The notes: generated by a model from the sequence alone, not told the origin. A stretch of 64,000 nucleotides of DNA from Microcoleaceae cyanobacterium (GCA_051652765.1 JBOFUV010000008.1:9643-73642); one strand, 5' to 3'. Numbered from the stretch's first letter, positions 8,425-18,481 are shown. Made by a program: numbers and translations.

Positions 8425-11400
8425 ATGACTCAATCTGTCTCTTCAACAACGTTATTGCCGTTAACGCCTATCCAGCAAATTAACTGGTTTTTATATCAAA
8501 TTTCTCCTGAAGAACTGAATGATAAAGTTGCTCTTGCAATCCAAATTCATTCGCCAATAAATCATGAAAAAATCAGAAAAGCTTTTCAAGTTTTAATCAA
8601 TCGTCATTCTAGTTTACAAACTATCTATCGAGAATATAATGGTCAAGTTATTCAAGAAATTTGTTCGGAGAAAAGAGTTGATCTTCAGAAAGTTAGTTGC
8701 AATCACTTTAGTCAAATAGAGCTGAGTCAACATCTGCTACAACTGATTAAGCAGCCATTTAATTTGGCGCAGGATTCACCTCTCAGAATTCATCTAGTTA
8801 ACTCTCCTGAACAAGACAGTATTTTACTACTTGCCCTTCATCAACTCTCGGGAGACTGGGAATCGCTGCTAATTTTAGCCGACGAATTACTAACCCTTTA
8901 CTACTCTGAGGCTGAAGACCTTGAACAATGTCTTCCAAAACTTCAGGCAAACTACAAAGATTGGATTCAGCAGCAGCTAGATTATCTTAAGAGCTCACAA
9001 CTGCCTAAAAGTGAAGATTACTGGAAAAAGCAACTGGCTGGCGATCTTCCTATTTTAAAACTATCTTCAAATACACCGCTGCCAACCCTTAGAAGTTACA
9101 TAGGCAAAACTCACACGTTTTCAATTGATGAAAATTTAACGCAGCAACTCCAGCAGCTAGCCACTCAGCTCGAAGTTGATTTACAGATCCTATTACTAAC
9201 TGCCTACAAAATTCTTCTCTATCAATATACTGGAGAAAAAGATATTCTAGTAGCCCAGCTTTTAACCTGTAGAAATAATTTGTCTAAGCTAGTTATTGGC
9301 AACTGTACTAATGCAATTGTTCTGCGAGACTCTATTAATGATGACTTGAGTTTTAGTGATATTATCACTCAAGTAAGTCAAACCCTAAAGGAAGCGATAA
9401 ATCACCAAAGTTATCCCTTTTCATTGTTGGTTCAAGGTCTTCAAGTCCCTGGAAATTCAAGTCACTCCCCCCTTTCTCAGGCTGCATTTACTTACTATGA
9501 AATCTCACACTTAAAATATATCTTGAAATTGTTTGAAGGATTAGATAGTCAACAGTCACTTTGTCAAAATCAGCCCGAATTTAAATACTTTGAACTATTG
9601 CAACGAAAAGTAGAATTTGACTTTAGTCTAGACTGTATTTTTTTAAAAAAAAGCATATTAGTCCATTTTAGCTACAACCAGAGTTTGGTCTCAGTTCAAA
9701 TAGCAATAAGCTTTAGCCAGCACTTTCAAAACTTATTGAGATCTCTTGTTACAAGTCCTGAGCAATCAGTGAATCAACTCTCCATCTTGGATAAATCGGA
9801 AAGAAAACAAGTTTTAATTGAGTGGAATCAAACTGAACGAAACTATGACCTGTCTAAAACCTTGCAGGAATGGATTGAGATAAAGGTCGAAAAAGTCCCA
9901 GAGTTAACAGCAGTCATTTTTGAAGATCAATCTCTCACTTACAAAGAACTAAATCAACGAGCTAATCAACTGGCTCACTACTTAATTAAATTGGGAGTGA
10001 AACCTGAAACACTTGTAGGAATTTGTGTGGAACGTTCAGTAGAAATGGTTGTTGGATTATTAGGAATTCTGAAGAGCGGCGGAGCTTATATTCCGCTTGA
10101 TCCAAGCTATCCAATCCAGCGGCTAGCCTTTATGCTGGAAGATACTCAAGTTCCACTATTACTTACTCAGAAAAAGTTTGTGGATCAACTTCCTCAACAT
10201 CAAGCAAAAGTAATTTGTTTGGATATAATCTGGGAAATTCTTGTTCAAGAACCTGATATAAATCCTATTCATAAAGCCATTCCAGAAAATTTAGCTTATG
10301 TAATTTATACCTCTGGTTCAACTGGAAATCCAAAGGGAGTTATGAACACCCACCGAGGCGTTTGTAATCGCTTGTTGTGGATGCAGGAAGAATATCAACT
10401 AGGTTTAACTGATCGGGTTTTGCAAAAAACACCATTTAGCTTTGATGTTTCAGTTTGGGAATTTTTCTGGCCGCTAATGACGGGAGCAGCTTTAGTTATT
10501 GCAAAGCCAGAGGGCCATCAAGATAGTCATTATCTTGTTGAAATTATTGTCAAATGGCAGATTACAACCCTACATTTTGTACCTTCAATGCTACAAGTTT
10601 TTCTTGAAGAAAACCTATCTCAATGTAAGAGCCTAAAGCGAGTTATTTGCAGTGGAGAAGCCCTGCCATTTGATTTGCAAACCCGGTTTTTTACTCAACT
10701 CAACTGTGAACTCTATAATCTTTATGGCCCTACTGAAGCTGCAATTGACGTTACATTCTGGCGGTGTCAACCCAATAGTTTGTTTAACATTGTTCCGATT
10801 GGTTTCCCTGTGGCCAACACCCAGATTTATATTTTAAATTCGGGCCTACAACCTGTTCCAGTGGGTGTGCCAGGAGAATTACACATCGGGGGTGTACAGG
10901 TCGCACGGGGTTACCTCAATCGACCTCAGCTAACGATAGAAAAATTTGTTCCTAATCCTTTTACGAAGGGTTCAAATTTCTTGTATAAAACTGGAGATTT
11001 AGTTCGATATTTGCCCGATGGAACAATTGAATATTTAAATCGGATTGACTCTCAAGTGAAGATTCGAGGATTTCGGATTGAACTTGGAGAAATTGAACAC
11101 CGTCTAACTCAACATTCTCAAATTAGAGAAGCTGTTGTGGCTGTCCGCAATAATCAATCAGGCGAAAAGCTGTTAGTTGCCTATGTCGTTCCAACTCAGG
11201 AGTTACAAGTTCAAGATTCTGCTCATGATCATTTGGTTACAGAATCACTAAATCCTAAGCTCTTGCGACAGTTTCTTAAGCAAAAATTGCCAGAATATAT
11301 GGTTCCATCAGCTTTTATAATTTTAAGCTCACTGCCTCTAACACCGAATGGAAAAGTTGATCGTAGAGCATTACCAGAACCAGATTTAACCAATTTTAAG

Positions 11401-12495
11401 ACTGAAGGTCAGTTTATTCCTCCTAAAAATGAAGTTGAGCATCAATTAGTCAAGATTTGGATGGAGTTGTTAGGGATTAATACGATTGGAGTCAGAGATA
11501 ACTTCTTTGAGTTGGGAGGACATTCACTACTCGCACTAAAACTTATTGGAAGAATTCAACAGGAATTCAATCATCATTTTCCTCTGGCAACATTTTTTAC
11601 TAATCCTACTATTGAAGACTTATCAACTCTACTCAGAAATCCAATAGAGGTTTTAACAGAGTCTTTGAGTGACTCGCCTCTCGTTTCTATTCAATCTCAG
11701 GGACAAAGAGACCCTTTTTTCTGCATTCATCCTGCTGGGGGCCATGTTCTATGTTACGCGGGCCTGTCTCATTATTTAGGGAGTGAACAGCCATTCTATG
11801 GCTTACAAGCTCAGGGGTTTAATACAGGAGAAACTGTTCTTGAAACTGTTGAAGAGATGGCAAGTCTGTATGTGAAAGCCATTCGATCATTTAAACCGGA
11901 AGGCCCTTATAAAATAGGAGGTTGGTCATTTGGAGGAGTTGTCGCCTATGAAGTCGCTCAGCAACTAACTCATCAAGGTCAAGTAGTTAATTTACTCGCA
12001 ATTTTTGATTCCTATATCCCTATTTTGTTGGATAAAAACAAGAAGATTGACGATTCTTACTTGGTAGGGGTTTTATCTCGTGTATTTGGTGGAATGTTTG
12101 GACTAGATAACCTAGTAAACCCTGATGAGCTAGAAGGATTAGTTCTTGAAGAAAAGATTAATTTTATAATTGAAAAAGCTCGACAAGCTGGAATCTTTCC
12201 ACCAGAGGTAGAGCAACAGGATAATCGACGAATTCTAGATGTTTTAGTCGGAACTTTAAGAGCAACATACGCTTATCAACGGCAGCCCTATTCCAGTAAA
12301 GTCACAGTTTTTCGAGCGCAGGAAAAGCATGTTATGGCTTCTGATCCTCAGTTGGTCTGGGTAGAATTATTCTCAGTTCTAGATGCACCAGAAATCGAAG
12401 TTGTTAATGTACCTGGAAATCATTACTCTTTCATCCTAGAACCCCACGTTCAAGTTATTGCAGAGCGCTTAAAACCTTATTTAAGTGCAATTTAA
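8425..12495 (+). CDS. mysE: NRPS-like MAA ligase with C-A-T-TE domains; Ser-type A domain, probable shinorine synthesis
   Basis: A domain YTSGSTGNPKG and YGPTE; code read by eye as DVWHISLIDK (Ser-like); T domain FFELGGHSL; TE GWSFGG; N-terminal C domain with HQLSGDW. Confidence 0.88.
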   Translation: MTQSVSSTTLLPLTPIQQINWFLYQISPEELNDKVALAIQIHSPINHEKIRKAFQVLINRHSSLQTIYREYNGQVIQEICSEKRVDLQKVSCNHFSQIELSQHLLQLIKQPFNLAQDSPLRIHLVNSPEQDSILLLALHQLSGDWESLLILADELLTLYYSEAEDLEQCLPKLQANYKDWIQQQLDYLKSSQLPKSEDYWKKQLAGDLPILKLSSNTPLPTLRSYIGKTHTFSIDENLTQQLQQLATQLEVDLQILLLTAYKILLYQYTGEKDILVAQLLTCRNNLSKLVIGNCTNAIVLRDSINDDLSFSDIITQVSQTLKEAINHQSYPFSLLVQGLQVPGNSSHSPLSQAAFTYYEISHLKYILKLFEGLDSQQSLCQNQPEFKYFELLQRKVEFDFSLDCIFLKKSILVHFSYNQSLVSVQIAISFSQHFQNLLRSLVTSPEQSVNQLSILDKSERKQVLIEWNQTERNYDLSKTLQEWIEIKVEKVPELTAVIFEDQSLTYKELNQRANQLAHYLIKLGVKPETLVGICVERSVEMVVGLLGILKSGGAYIPLDPSYPIQRLAFMLEDTQVPLLLTQKKFVDQLPQHQAKVICLDIIWEILVQEPDINPIHKAIPENLAYVIYTSGSTGNPKGVMNTHRGVCNRLLWMQEEYQLGLTDRVLQKTPFSFDVSVWEFFWPLMTGAALVIAKPEGHQDSHYLVEIIVKWQITTLHFVPSMLQVFLEENLSQCKSLKRVICSGEALPFDLQTRFFTQLNCELYNLYGPTEAAIDVTFWRCQPNSLFNIVPIGFPVANTQIYILNSGLQPVPVGVPGELHIGGVQVARGYLNRPQLTIEKFVPNPFTKGSNFLYKTGDLVRYLPDGTIEYLNRIDSQVKIRGFRIELGEIEHRLTQHSQIREAVVAVRNNQSGEKLLVAYVVPTQELQVQDSAHDHLVTESLNPKLLRQFLKQKLPEYMVPSAFIILSSLPLTPNGKVDRRALPEPDLTNFKTEGQFIPPKNEVEHQLVKIWMELLGINTIGVRDNFFELGGHSLLALKLIGRIQQEFNHHFPLATFFTNPTIEDLSTLLRNPIEVLTESLSDSPLVSIQSQGQRDPFFCIHPAGGHVLCYAGLSHYLGSEQPFYGLQAQGFNTGETVLETVEEMASLYVKAIRSFKPEGPYKIGGWSFGGVVAYEVAQQLTHQGQVVNLLAIFDSYIPILLDKNKKIDDSYLVGVLSRVFGGMFGLDNLVNPDELEGLVLEEKINFIIEKARQAGIFPPEVEQQDNRRILDVLVGTLRATYAYQRQPYSSKVTVFRAQEKHVMASDPQLVWVELFSVLDAPEIEVVNVPGNHYSFILEPHVQVIAERLKPYLSAI

Positions 12496-12555
12496 GTACA
12501 TAAGGAGCAACGCTCTAATGTTCATGATTCAAATGAGGTTGTTACAGAATTGAAT

Positions 12556-13386
12556 CTAACTCAAGAGTTTGTTAAAGCACGACGTAATTAGATTTTCTGC
12601 TTGATGAATTAGAGAATCGTCTACCTTAACTTGATATCCCCTCTGATTATTAATTTCCTGAGCGATTTGCCAAAGGTTAGCATTTCCCTTTCTGGCTCCT
12701 AACCCCTGAATTGCACATTCGATTTGCCTAACTCCACAATCTAAACCAATCAAAGACATTGCAACTGCTTGCCCTAAATCATTATGACAATGAACAGAAA
12801 CGACAACTTGATCAATTTTAGGAACTCGAGTAAAAATAGCACTTAATAAAATCAGAAAGGATTCAGGAGAAGCAACCCCTAAACTATCAGGAATAGTAAC
12901 AATTTTTGCTCCGCTTTGAATGGCAAGCTCAATTGCTTGACAAAGAAAATCCAAGTCACTTCGAGTTGCGTCAAAAGCACTCCATTGAACTTCATCACAA
13001 GCATCTTTTGCTAATGAAACGCTAGTTTGAATTGCTGATAAAACCGTTTCAGGTTGCGTTTGCTTGCCAGAAGCTTTAAGGTTAACCAAGGTGTAAAGGT
13101 TGATGCGACTATACTTTGCAGTTTCTAATGCTTTTGCAAGTTGATAAATTTCAGGCTCGCGAGAACCTGATAAACCGCAGATCGTTGACCGCTCAACAAC
13201 TTTTGCAACTTCTACCATTGCTTGAAAGTCTTGAGAATACTGTCCTGGATAACCAACTTCAATCACTCCAATGCCAGCAGATTCTAAAAGTTGAGCAACC
13301 TTAACTTTCACCGCGACATCAAACCTCACTCCTGGCATGAGTTCTCCATCCCGTAAGGTCGTATCAAAAAGCGTTATTGGAATCAT
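12556..13386 (-). CDS. Stand-alone DRE-TIM (LeuA/isopropylmalate synthase-like) catalytic domain
   Basis: DTTLRDGE, IPDSLG, HCHNDLG, GLGARKGNA; only 276 aa. Confidence 0.8.
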   Translation of the reverse strand: MIPITLFDTTLRDGELMPGVRFDVAVKVKVAQLLESAGIGVIEVGYPGQYSQDFQAMVEVAKVVERSTICGLSGSREPEIYQLAKALETAKYSRINLYTLVNLKASGKQTQPETVLSAIQTSVSLAKDACDEVQWSAFDATRSDLDFLCQAIELAIQSGAKIVTIPDSLGVASPESFLILLSAIFTRVPKIDQVVVSVHCHNDLGQAVAMSLIGLDCGVRQIECAIQGLGARKGNANLWQIAQEINNQRGYQVKVDDSLIHQAENLITSCFNKLLS

Positions 13387-13462
13387 TCCTTCAGATCAAA
13401 CCTGCAACATTTAAGGTACGGCGGCCTGACAGATCACCCCCAATAAAGCCTTCTCCTCAACG

Positions 13463-14236
13463 CTAAGATCGCTTTTTTCCAGTTGGAAACTGGTTAATGT
13501 GAGCAGATCCATAAAAGATAACAGAGTCATTTTGAATCCTCAGACGATCAACCCGGAGCTGGGTTCCTTCAAGGGCAAATTTATCTAAATCTAGCAAGCT
13601 GTTAACGTGTTCAACTAAAGCTTGGCTCAGTTCAATTGCTTCTGCTTCACCTCGATGAGTAACGTTAACAAACTGAATCTTTCGACGCTCTTGAACTTCA
13701 ACTTCTGTGATGAAGTCTATCGGAATTAACGAACCAGACTCTTTGAGCTGAATCAGGGACTGAACTCGGAGTTGCTTCTCTGGCGTAACTGTCATCTCTG
13801 TATTGTTAAAGTCTAGGGATTGCCCTTGATATTGCAGGCGCTGGAGCTTGTCTTTGACAAAAGGAGTATTGAATGAATCGGTTAAGTCTGCCTCAGACAG
13901 GACGACTCGCATACTTGCCTGGGTAGGCTGCCTAAGCTTGACCTGCCCGGTAAAAATTGCACCAAATTCAATCGATACAGCTTGTAAGTAAAGCTCCATC
14001 ACGGCAATCCGTAACCCGTTGTACATCAACATGCCACTGCCGAGGAAATCAAAGCCATCGATACTGCCCTGAAGCAACTTGGTAACAGGTTCAGCACGAA
14101 CATTGGCCTCAACTTTCTCAGATCGCTTAAACAAGGCTGCAATTGCTGCGCCCACGGCCCTACTGACTAGACGATCACCGCCTTGAGCCTGAAAAGGAGT
14201 ACTTCCTAGCAAAGTGTGTACCATTCCTTTACTCAC
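13463..14236 (-). CDS. DUF2993/LmeA-like protein
   Basis: Overall pattern (KLLQGSIDG, VVLSEADL...SFN) typical of cyanobacterial DUF2993 proteins. Confidence 0.65.
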   Translation of the reverse strand: MSKGMVHTLLGSTPFQAQGGDRLVSRAVGAAIAALFKRSEKVEANVRAEPVTKLLQGSIDGFDFLGSGMLMYNGLRIAVMELYLQAVSIEFGAIFTGQVKLRQPTQASMRVVLSEADLTDSFNTPFVKDKLQRLQYQGQSLDFNNTEMTVTPEKQLRVQSLIQLKESGSLIPIDFITEVEVQERRKIQFVNVTHRGEAEAIELSQALVEHVNSLLDLDKFALEGTQLRVDRLRIQNDSVIFYGSAHINQFPTGKKRS

Positions 14237-14583
14237 TCATTCATTCACACCGCTCATTATAACTCTTCATAAAGATTTGTTAAATGTTTTTGCCAAACGT
14301 TTACAGCAGGACATGAGTGTTCAAGGCAGTTTCTCTAACGCTTTTGATCAGTTTGAAAGGAGTTTTCCTCTGAGTTTAGTTCTTTTTTAGCTTTCTTCTC
14401 TATCTGATAAGTTATATTAATCTACCATTCCTGAACTCGAGTCTAGCTCCCTCCCACCGGGCATTTCACACTATCCCAAATTTGTTTCAACGGGCAGACG
14501 CTTACTCAAGGCTTGCCGTTGAACCAAGGTTATCCATAAAGGTTATCCGTGAAATCATTAATTTTTGTTAAATAACTATTTTT

Positions 14584-14613
14584 TGTAAAATTCGATACAG
14601 AATTTAGTATACT
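14584..14613 (+). promoter_or_regulatory. NtcA box in repressing position plus -10 element of gifA
   Basis: TGTA-AAATTCGA-TACA (GTA-N8-TAC at 14585-14598), with TATACT at 14608-14613, 9 bp downstream. Confidence 0.8.
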
Positions 14614-14744
14614 AAGGCCATGAGACAAAAATCCTCGTTGTTGTGTATTTCACTGATTCGGAAGAACAGAGCGACGAGTTGGGCTAGGCCAATTTTCTAG
14701 CAACTCTCAACCCATTTAAAACTTCATCCGGGGAGGAACCTATT

Positions 14745-14939
14745 ATGAATACTCAAGATCAAGCTCGTGCTTTAATGATGCGTCATCACCACCTCGTTAA
14801 GAACCGCCAACAATCTTTGCTCAATCGCCTTGCTACAGAAGTTGGGATTGAAGTGGGAGACTACCACAGTACAATTCAAGGCAAGCCCAGCGAAAACTTC
14901 CGAGCTGATTATGAGCGCAGCGGCTCCACAATGAGTTAG
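14745..14939 (+). CDS. gifA: Glutamine synthetase inactivating factor IF7
   Basis: MNTQDQARALMMRHH..KNRQQS...QGKP...YERS closely matches IF7; GGAGG RBS; NtcA box. Confidence 0.9.
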   Translation: MNTQDQARALMMRHHHLVKNRQQSLLNRLATEVGIEVGDYHSTIQGKPSENFRADYERSGSTMS

Positions 14940-15010
14940 GGTAAAAGACCCTTAACGTGAGCCATAGCAGTCCTAAAGTTGATGTGTGAGAGATGTGTGA
15001 GAATTGCAGG

Positions 15011-15067
15011 GCCAGAGATTTGCGGATGGGTTCAAAGGGTTCATTCGCAAATCTCTGGTCAAAAAAA
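15011..15067. terminator. Long stem-loop downstream of gifA
   Basis: GCCAGAGATTTGCGGATG / CATTCGCAAATCTCTGGT followed by A7. Confidence 0.6.
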
Positions 15068-15230
15068 GTTGTATGACCGTACTGTAGTTTCACAATTCAA
15101 AGTAGATTGGTGTGGTCTGTTCTTGATAGAATGACTGGGAGCTTATTTGTTTGCAAGCCTCCTAGTTTCTTTGCTTGTCTAGTTTTCCCTTGCTACGCTG
15201 GGGCATGGACTATCAGAAATTAGTGAACCT

Positions 15231-15793
15231 ATGACTGATCAGTTTTTCGAGAAGCCGATTCTCAACTCGCCCTATGTGTATCCTGCTCGACACTGGGAAT
15301 TGGATGAAGAGGGTCAGCCCACCAACAAAATTATTTCTCGACTGTCAGTTTCACGACCTCGAAAGCAACGCGATGGCAGACTGACCCGCGCCGCTGTCAG
15401 ATTAATTGGGTGGTCTGTGATAGTGATTGGGAAGCGGAGTTTTGCCGGATGGCGGAGGCGCATCCGCATGTGCGGGCTTATGTGAAAAATCAAAACTTGG
15501 GGTTGGAGGTGCCGTATTTGCATGGTTCGGTGCAGCGCAAGTATTTGCCGGATTTTGTGGTGCAAATTGAGGATGGGCGTGAAGATTTGCTGAATCTGAT
15601 TGTGGAGATTAAGGGGTATCGGGATGAGGATGCGAAGGAGAAGGCAAGTACGATGCGGACGTATTGGATTCCGGGGGTGAACAATTTGGGTGGGTTTGGG
15701 CGATGGGCGTTTGCTGAGTTTACGAAGGTGTTTGAAATTGAGGCAGAATTTAGTCAGGTGGTGGAGAGCCTGATTGCGAGTTCAGCAAAGTAA
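15231..15793 (+). pseudogene. Type III restriction (Res) subunit remnant with a large internal deletion
   Basis: N-terminus FFEKPILNSPY..P.RHWELD is joined out of frame near 15340 to the C-terminal nuclease part (INWVVCDSDWE, YLPDF...VEIKG); helicase core missing. Confidence 0.75.
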
Positions 15794-15809
15794 CTGGGAG
15801 GGATTGACG

Positions 15810-16385
15810 ATGACAATCGCAGCGTTGCCGACTAAGACGTATACGCCTGACGAATATTTGGCGCTAGAAGTTGCGTCAGAGGTTCGGAATGAATATCACA
15901 ATGGAGAGATTGTTGAGATGACGGGAGGAACACCAACTCATAATGAACTGATTCGAGCTTTGACGGTTATTTTCAGCTTAGGGTTGCGGGGGCAGCCGTA
16001 TCAGTTGTTTTTGGCGGATCAGCGGCTGTGGATTCCTGAGCGCCAGATTTATACTTACCCGGATGTGATGGTTGTACCGCGACCTGTCGAGCTTCAGTCG
16101 GGACGCAAAGATACGGTGATAAATCCGGTTTTGATTGTGGAGGTGTTGTCTGATTCGACGGAGGCTTATGACCGGGGTGGGAAGTTTGAGGCTTATCGCA
16201 CGATCGAGACGTTTCAGGAGTATTTGTTAGTTCATCAATCGCAACGGCAGGTAGAGCAGTATGTCAAACAAAGTGCGAATCAATGGCTGTTTACTGAGTA
16301 TGGTGGGGAGGATGTACGGGTGACCTTGGCGACGGTGGCGGTTGAGTTTGCGGTCAAAGAACTTTATGAAAATGTTGAGTTTTAG
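15810..16385 (+). CDS. Uma2 (DUF820) family endonuclease-like protein
   Basis: EYHNGEIVEMTGGT..H, YPDVMV, IVEVLSDST, EYLLV. Confidence 0.9.
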   Translation: MTIAALPTKTYTPDEYLALEVASEVRNEYHNGEIVEMTGGTPTHNELIRALTVIFSLGLRGQPYQLFLADQRLWIPERQIYTYPDVMVVPRPVELQSGRKDTVINPVLIVEVLSDSTEAYDRGGKFEAYRTIETFQEYLLVHQSQRQVEQYVKQSANQWLFTEYGGEDVRVTLATVAVEFAVKELYENVEF

Positions 16386-16394
16386 GAGAATGAG

Positions 16395-16604
16395 ATGCTG
16401 AAAAGTTATGAAGCGGTTTATGAAAATGGACAGATTCAATGGTTAGAAGAATCACCTCCGGTACGGTCTGCCCGTGTGATTGTGACGGTATTGGAAGAGG
16501 CAGCGCTACCTGAAGTGAAACGTCGAACGTTTCCAACTAATTTGGCAGGGAAAGTGGAAATTTTAGGAGATATTGTCAGTCCGATCGTGGATGAAGAGGA
16601 TTGA
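16395..16604 (+). CDS. Small antitoxin-like protein (DUF104/AF2212-like N-terminus), possibly shortened by a Trp-to-stop change
   Basis: MLKSYEAVYENG start; GDIVSP C-terminus; AGGAG RBS. Confidence 0.55.
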   Translation: MLKSYEAVYENGQIQWLEESPPVRSARVIVTVLEEAALPEVKRRTFPTNLAGKVEILGDIVSPIVDEED

Positions 16605-16618
16605 GAATGTCTGAAGTG

Positions 16619-16894
16619 ATGAAGCCATTGCGCTGGAATGGTGAGAAGAATATTCAACTACAAGCAGAAAGAGGAATTAACTTTGAAACGGTTTTAAAAG
16701 CGATTGATGACGGAAAGGTTTTAGCGACGATTCAGCATCCCAATTTAGAGAAGTATCCATCTCAGAGAGTTTTTATCATTGAAATCAATCAATATGTCTA
16801 TTTGGTGCCGTTTGTAGAAACGGATCAGGAGATTTTTCTCAAAACAATCATTCCCAGTCGCAAGATGACCAAACAATATTTAGGAGACCAATAA
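16619..16894 (+). CDS. BrnT-like toxin
   Basis: MKPLRWNGEKN..L..ERGINFE, HPN..KY, LVPFVE, FLKTIIPSRK. Confidence 0.75.
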   Translation: MKPLRWNGEKNIQLQAERGINFETVLKAIDDGKVLATIQHPNLEKYPSQRVFIIEINQYVYLVPFVETDQEIFLKTIIPSRKMTKQYLGDQ

Positions 16895-16895
16895 T

Positions 16896-17168
16896 ATGCC
16901 GTCTTTAGATGCGGAAGAACAAGACATTCGAGACTCTGTGGAAAACGGTGAATGGCAACCTGTCTCGAATATGCAGGGAGAAATTCAACGATATCAGCAG
17001 TATGCCCAAGCGCAATTGGAGACTTTGGAAGAAGTCAGAGTTCAGCTTTCTGCTCAGGATGTCCGATCGCTGCATGAGTTAGCGCAGCAGACAGGAACGT
17101 CTGTATCGCTGTTGGTTTCTAGCGTGATCCATCAATACGTTACCCGTCAGTCTTCTTCGCAGTCCTAG
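16896..17168 (+). CDS. Cognate CopG/RHH-like antitoxin
   Basis: Starts 1 bp after the toxin; LDAEEQDI.DS.E.GEW N-terminus and an RHH-like C-terminus. Confidence 0.7.
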   Translation: MPSLDAEEQDIRDSVENGEWQPVSNMQGEIQRYQQYAQAQLETLEEVRVQLSAQDVRSLHELAQQTGTSVSLLVSSVIHQYVTRQSSSQS

Positions 17169-17186
17169 TTATCAAGAGTACCGTTT

Positions 17187-18481
17187 ATGCCTCCTCGTCA
17201 ACCGAAATCCAACAGTTCTAAGAAAGTCGAAGCGCTGAACCACACGGAAGACAAGCGCAAGAATATTCTGACGGCAGAATATCAGTCTGTCATGGCGGAG
17301 GAAGAGAAAAGCTCAATTCGAGTGGCCTATGAGTGCCGCAATCGCGATCTCGATCCGCGGTTGGTGTGGCGGGGCAAGGATGAGCAGGATTGGAGTGATT
17401 TGGTGGTGAGTGCGCCGCCGTTATATATCCAGGAGAAGGTGCATCCGAAGGTGTTGGTGAAGGATTTGCGGCGACAAAGTGCGGAGCGAACTGAGGCGGT
17501 AGAAGATAAGCAGCTTGATTTGTTTGCGGATTTTAATGGCTTACCCAAGGGAGTAACGGGCACAGAGTTTTATCAGCACGATGCCAACTGGACGAATCGG
17601 ATGATTTTGGGGGATAGTTTGCAGGTGATGGCGAGTTTGGCGGAGCGGGAAGGGTTGCAGGGCAAGGTGCAATGTATTTATCTCGATCCGCCCTATGGGA
17701 TTCGGTTTAACTCGAATTTTCAATGGTCTACGACGAGCCGTGATGTGAAGGATGGCAAGGTGGATCAGATTACTCGTGAACCGGAACAGGTGAAGGCGTT
17801 TCGGGATACTTGGCGGGATGGGATTCATTCTTCTCTAACTTACTTAAGAGATCGGTTGACGGTTGCTAGAGATTTGTTTACGGATAGTGGATCAATCTTT
17901 GTGCAGATTGGTGATGAGAATGTGCATCGAGTGCGATCATTAATGGATGAGATTTTCGGGGAGGAGAACTTTCAAGCACAAATATCTTTCAAGTCAACTA
18001 AGCCCTTGGGACAGAAAGGATTAGCTAAGGTTTATGATTTTTTGATTTGGTACTCCAAAGATAGTCAAGCAATCAAATTTAGAAATATTTTCAAACTTAA
18101 GGATATTAGTGACGATAAAGAGTACCGCTTCTACGAGGATACTCCTGGCTATCAATGTATTACTCGTTTATCAGAACAGGAATTCAAGCAACTACCCAAC
18201 CCTAATAGAGTTTACAGAAGGCAAAAACTCAATTCATCTGGATTTACTCCAAGTTGCACTTATGATTTCTCGCTTTTCGGCAAGGATTGTAAGCCGTGGG
18301 GTGGAAAAAGTTGAGCGACTAATCCGCAGGGAATGCAAAAACTTATCAGAGCAAATCGTTTGTTTCTTTTAGGTGATAGTCCTTACTACAAGAGGTATTT
18401 TGGCGATGCTCCAATGCAGCAATACAATAATTGCTGACGGATCTTTCAGGTGGAGATCCACAGCTTTATGTAGTTCAAACA
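17187..18481 (+). pseudogene. Type III Mod (N6-adenine methyltransferase) pseudogene
   Basis: NRMILGDSL and DPPY motifs; TGA at 18312, frameshift near 18435, ends after YVVQT before the SAM-binding motif. Confidence 0.8.

Noticed and set aside
15231..15485. Independent 84-aa gene
   Set aside because: Only the first 35 or so codons are Res-like; the rest is out-of-frame read-through past the deletion junction
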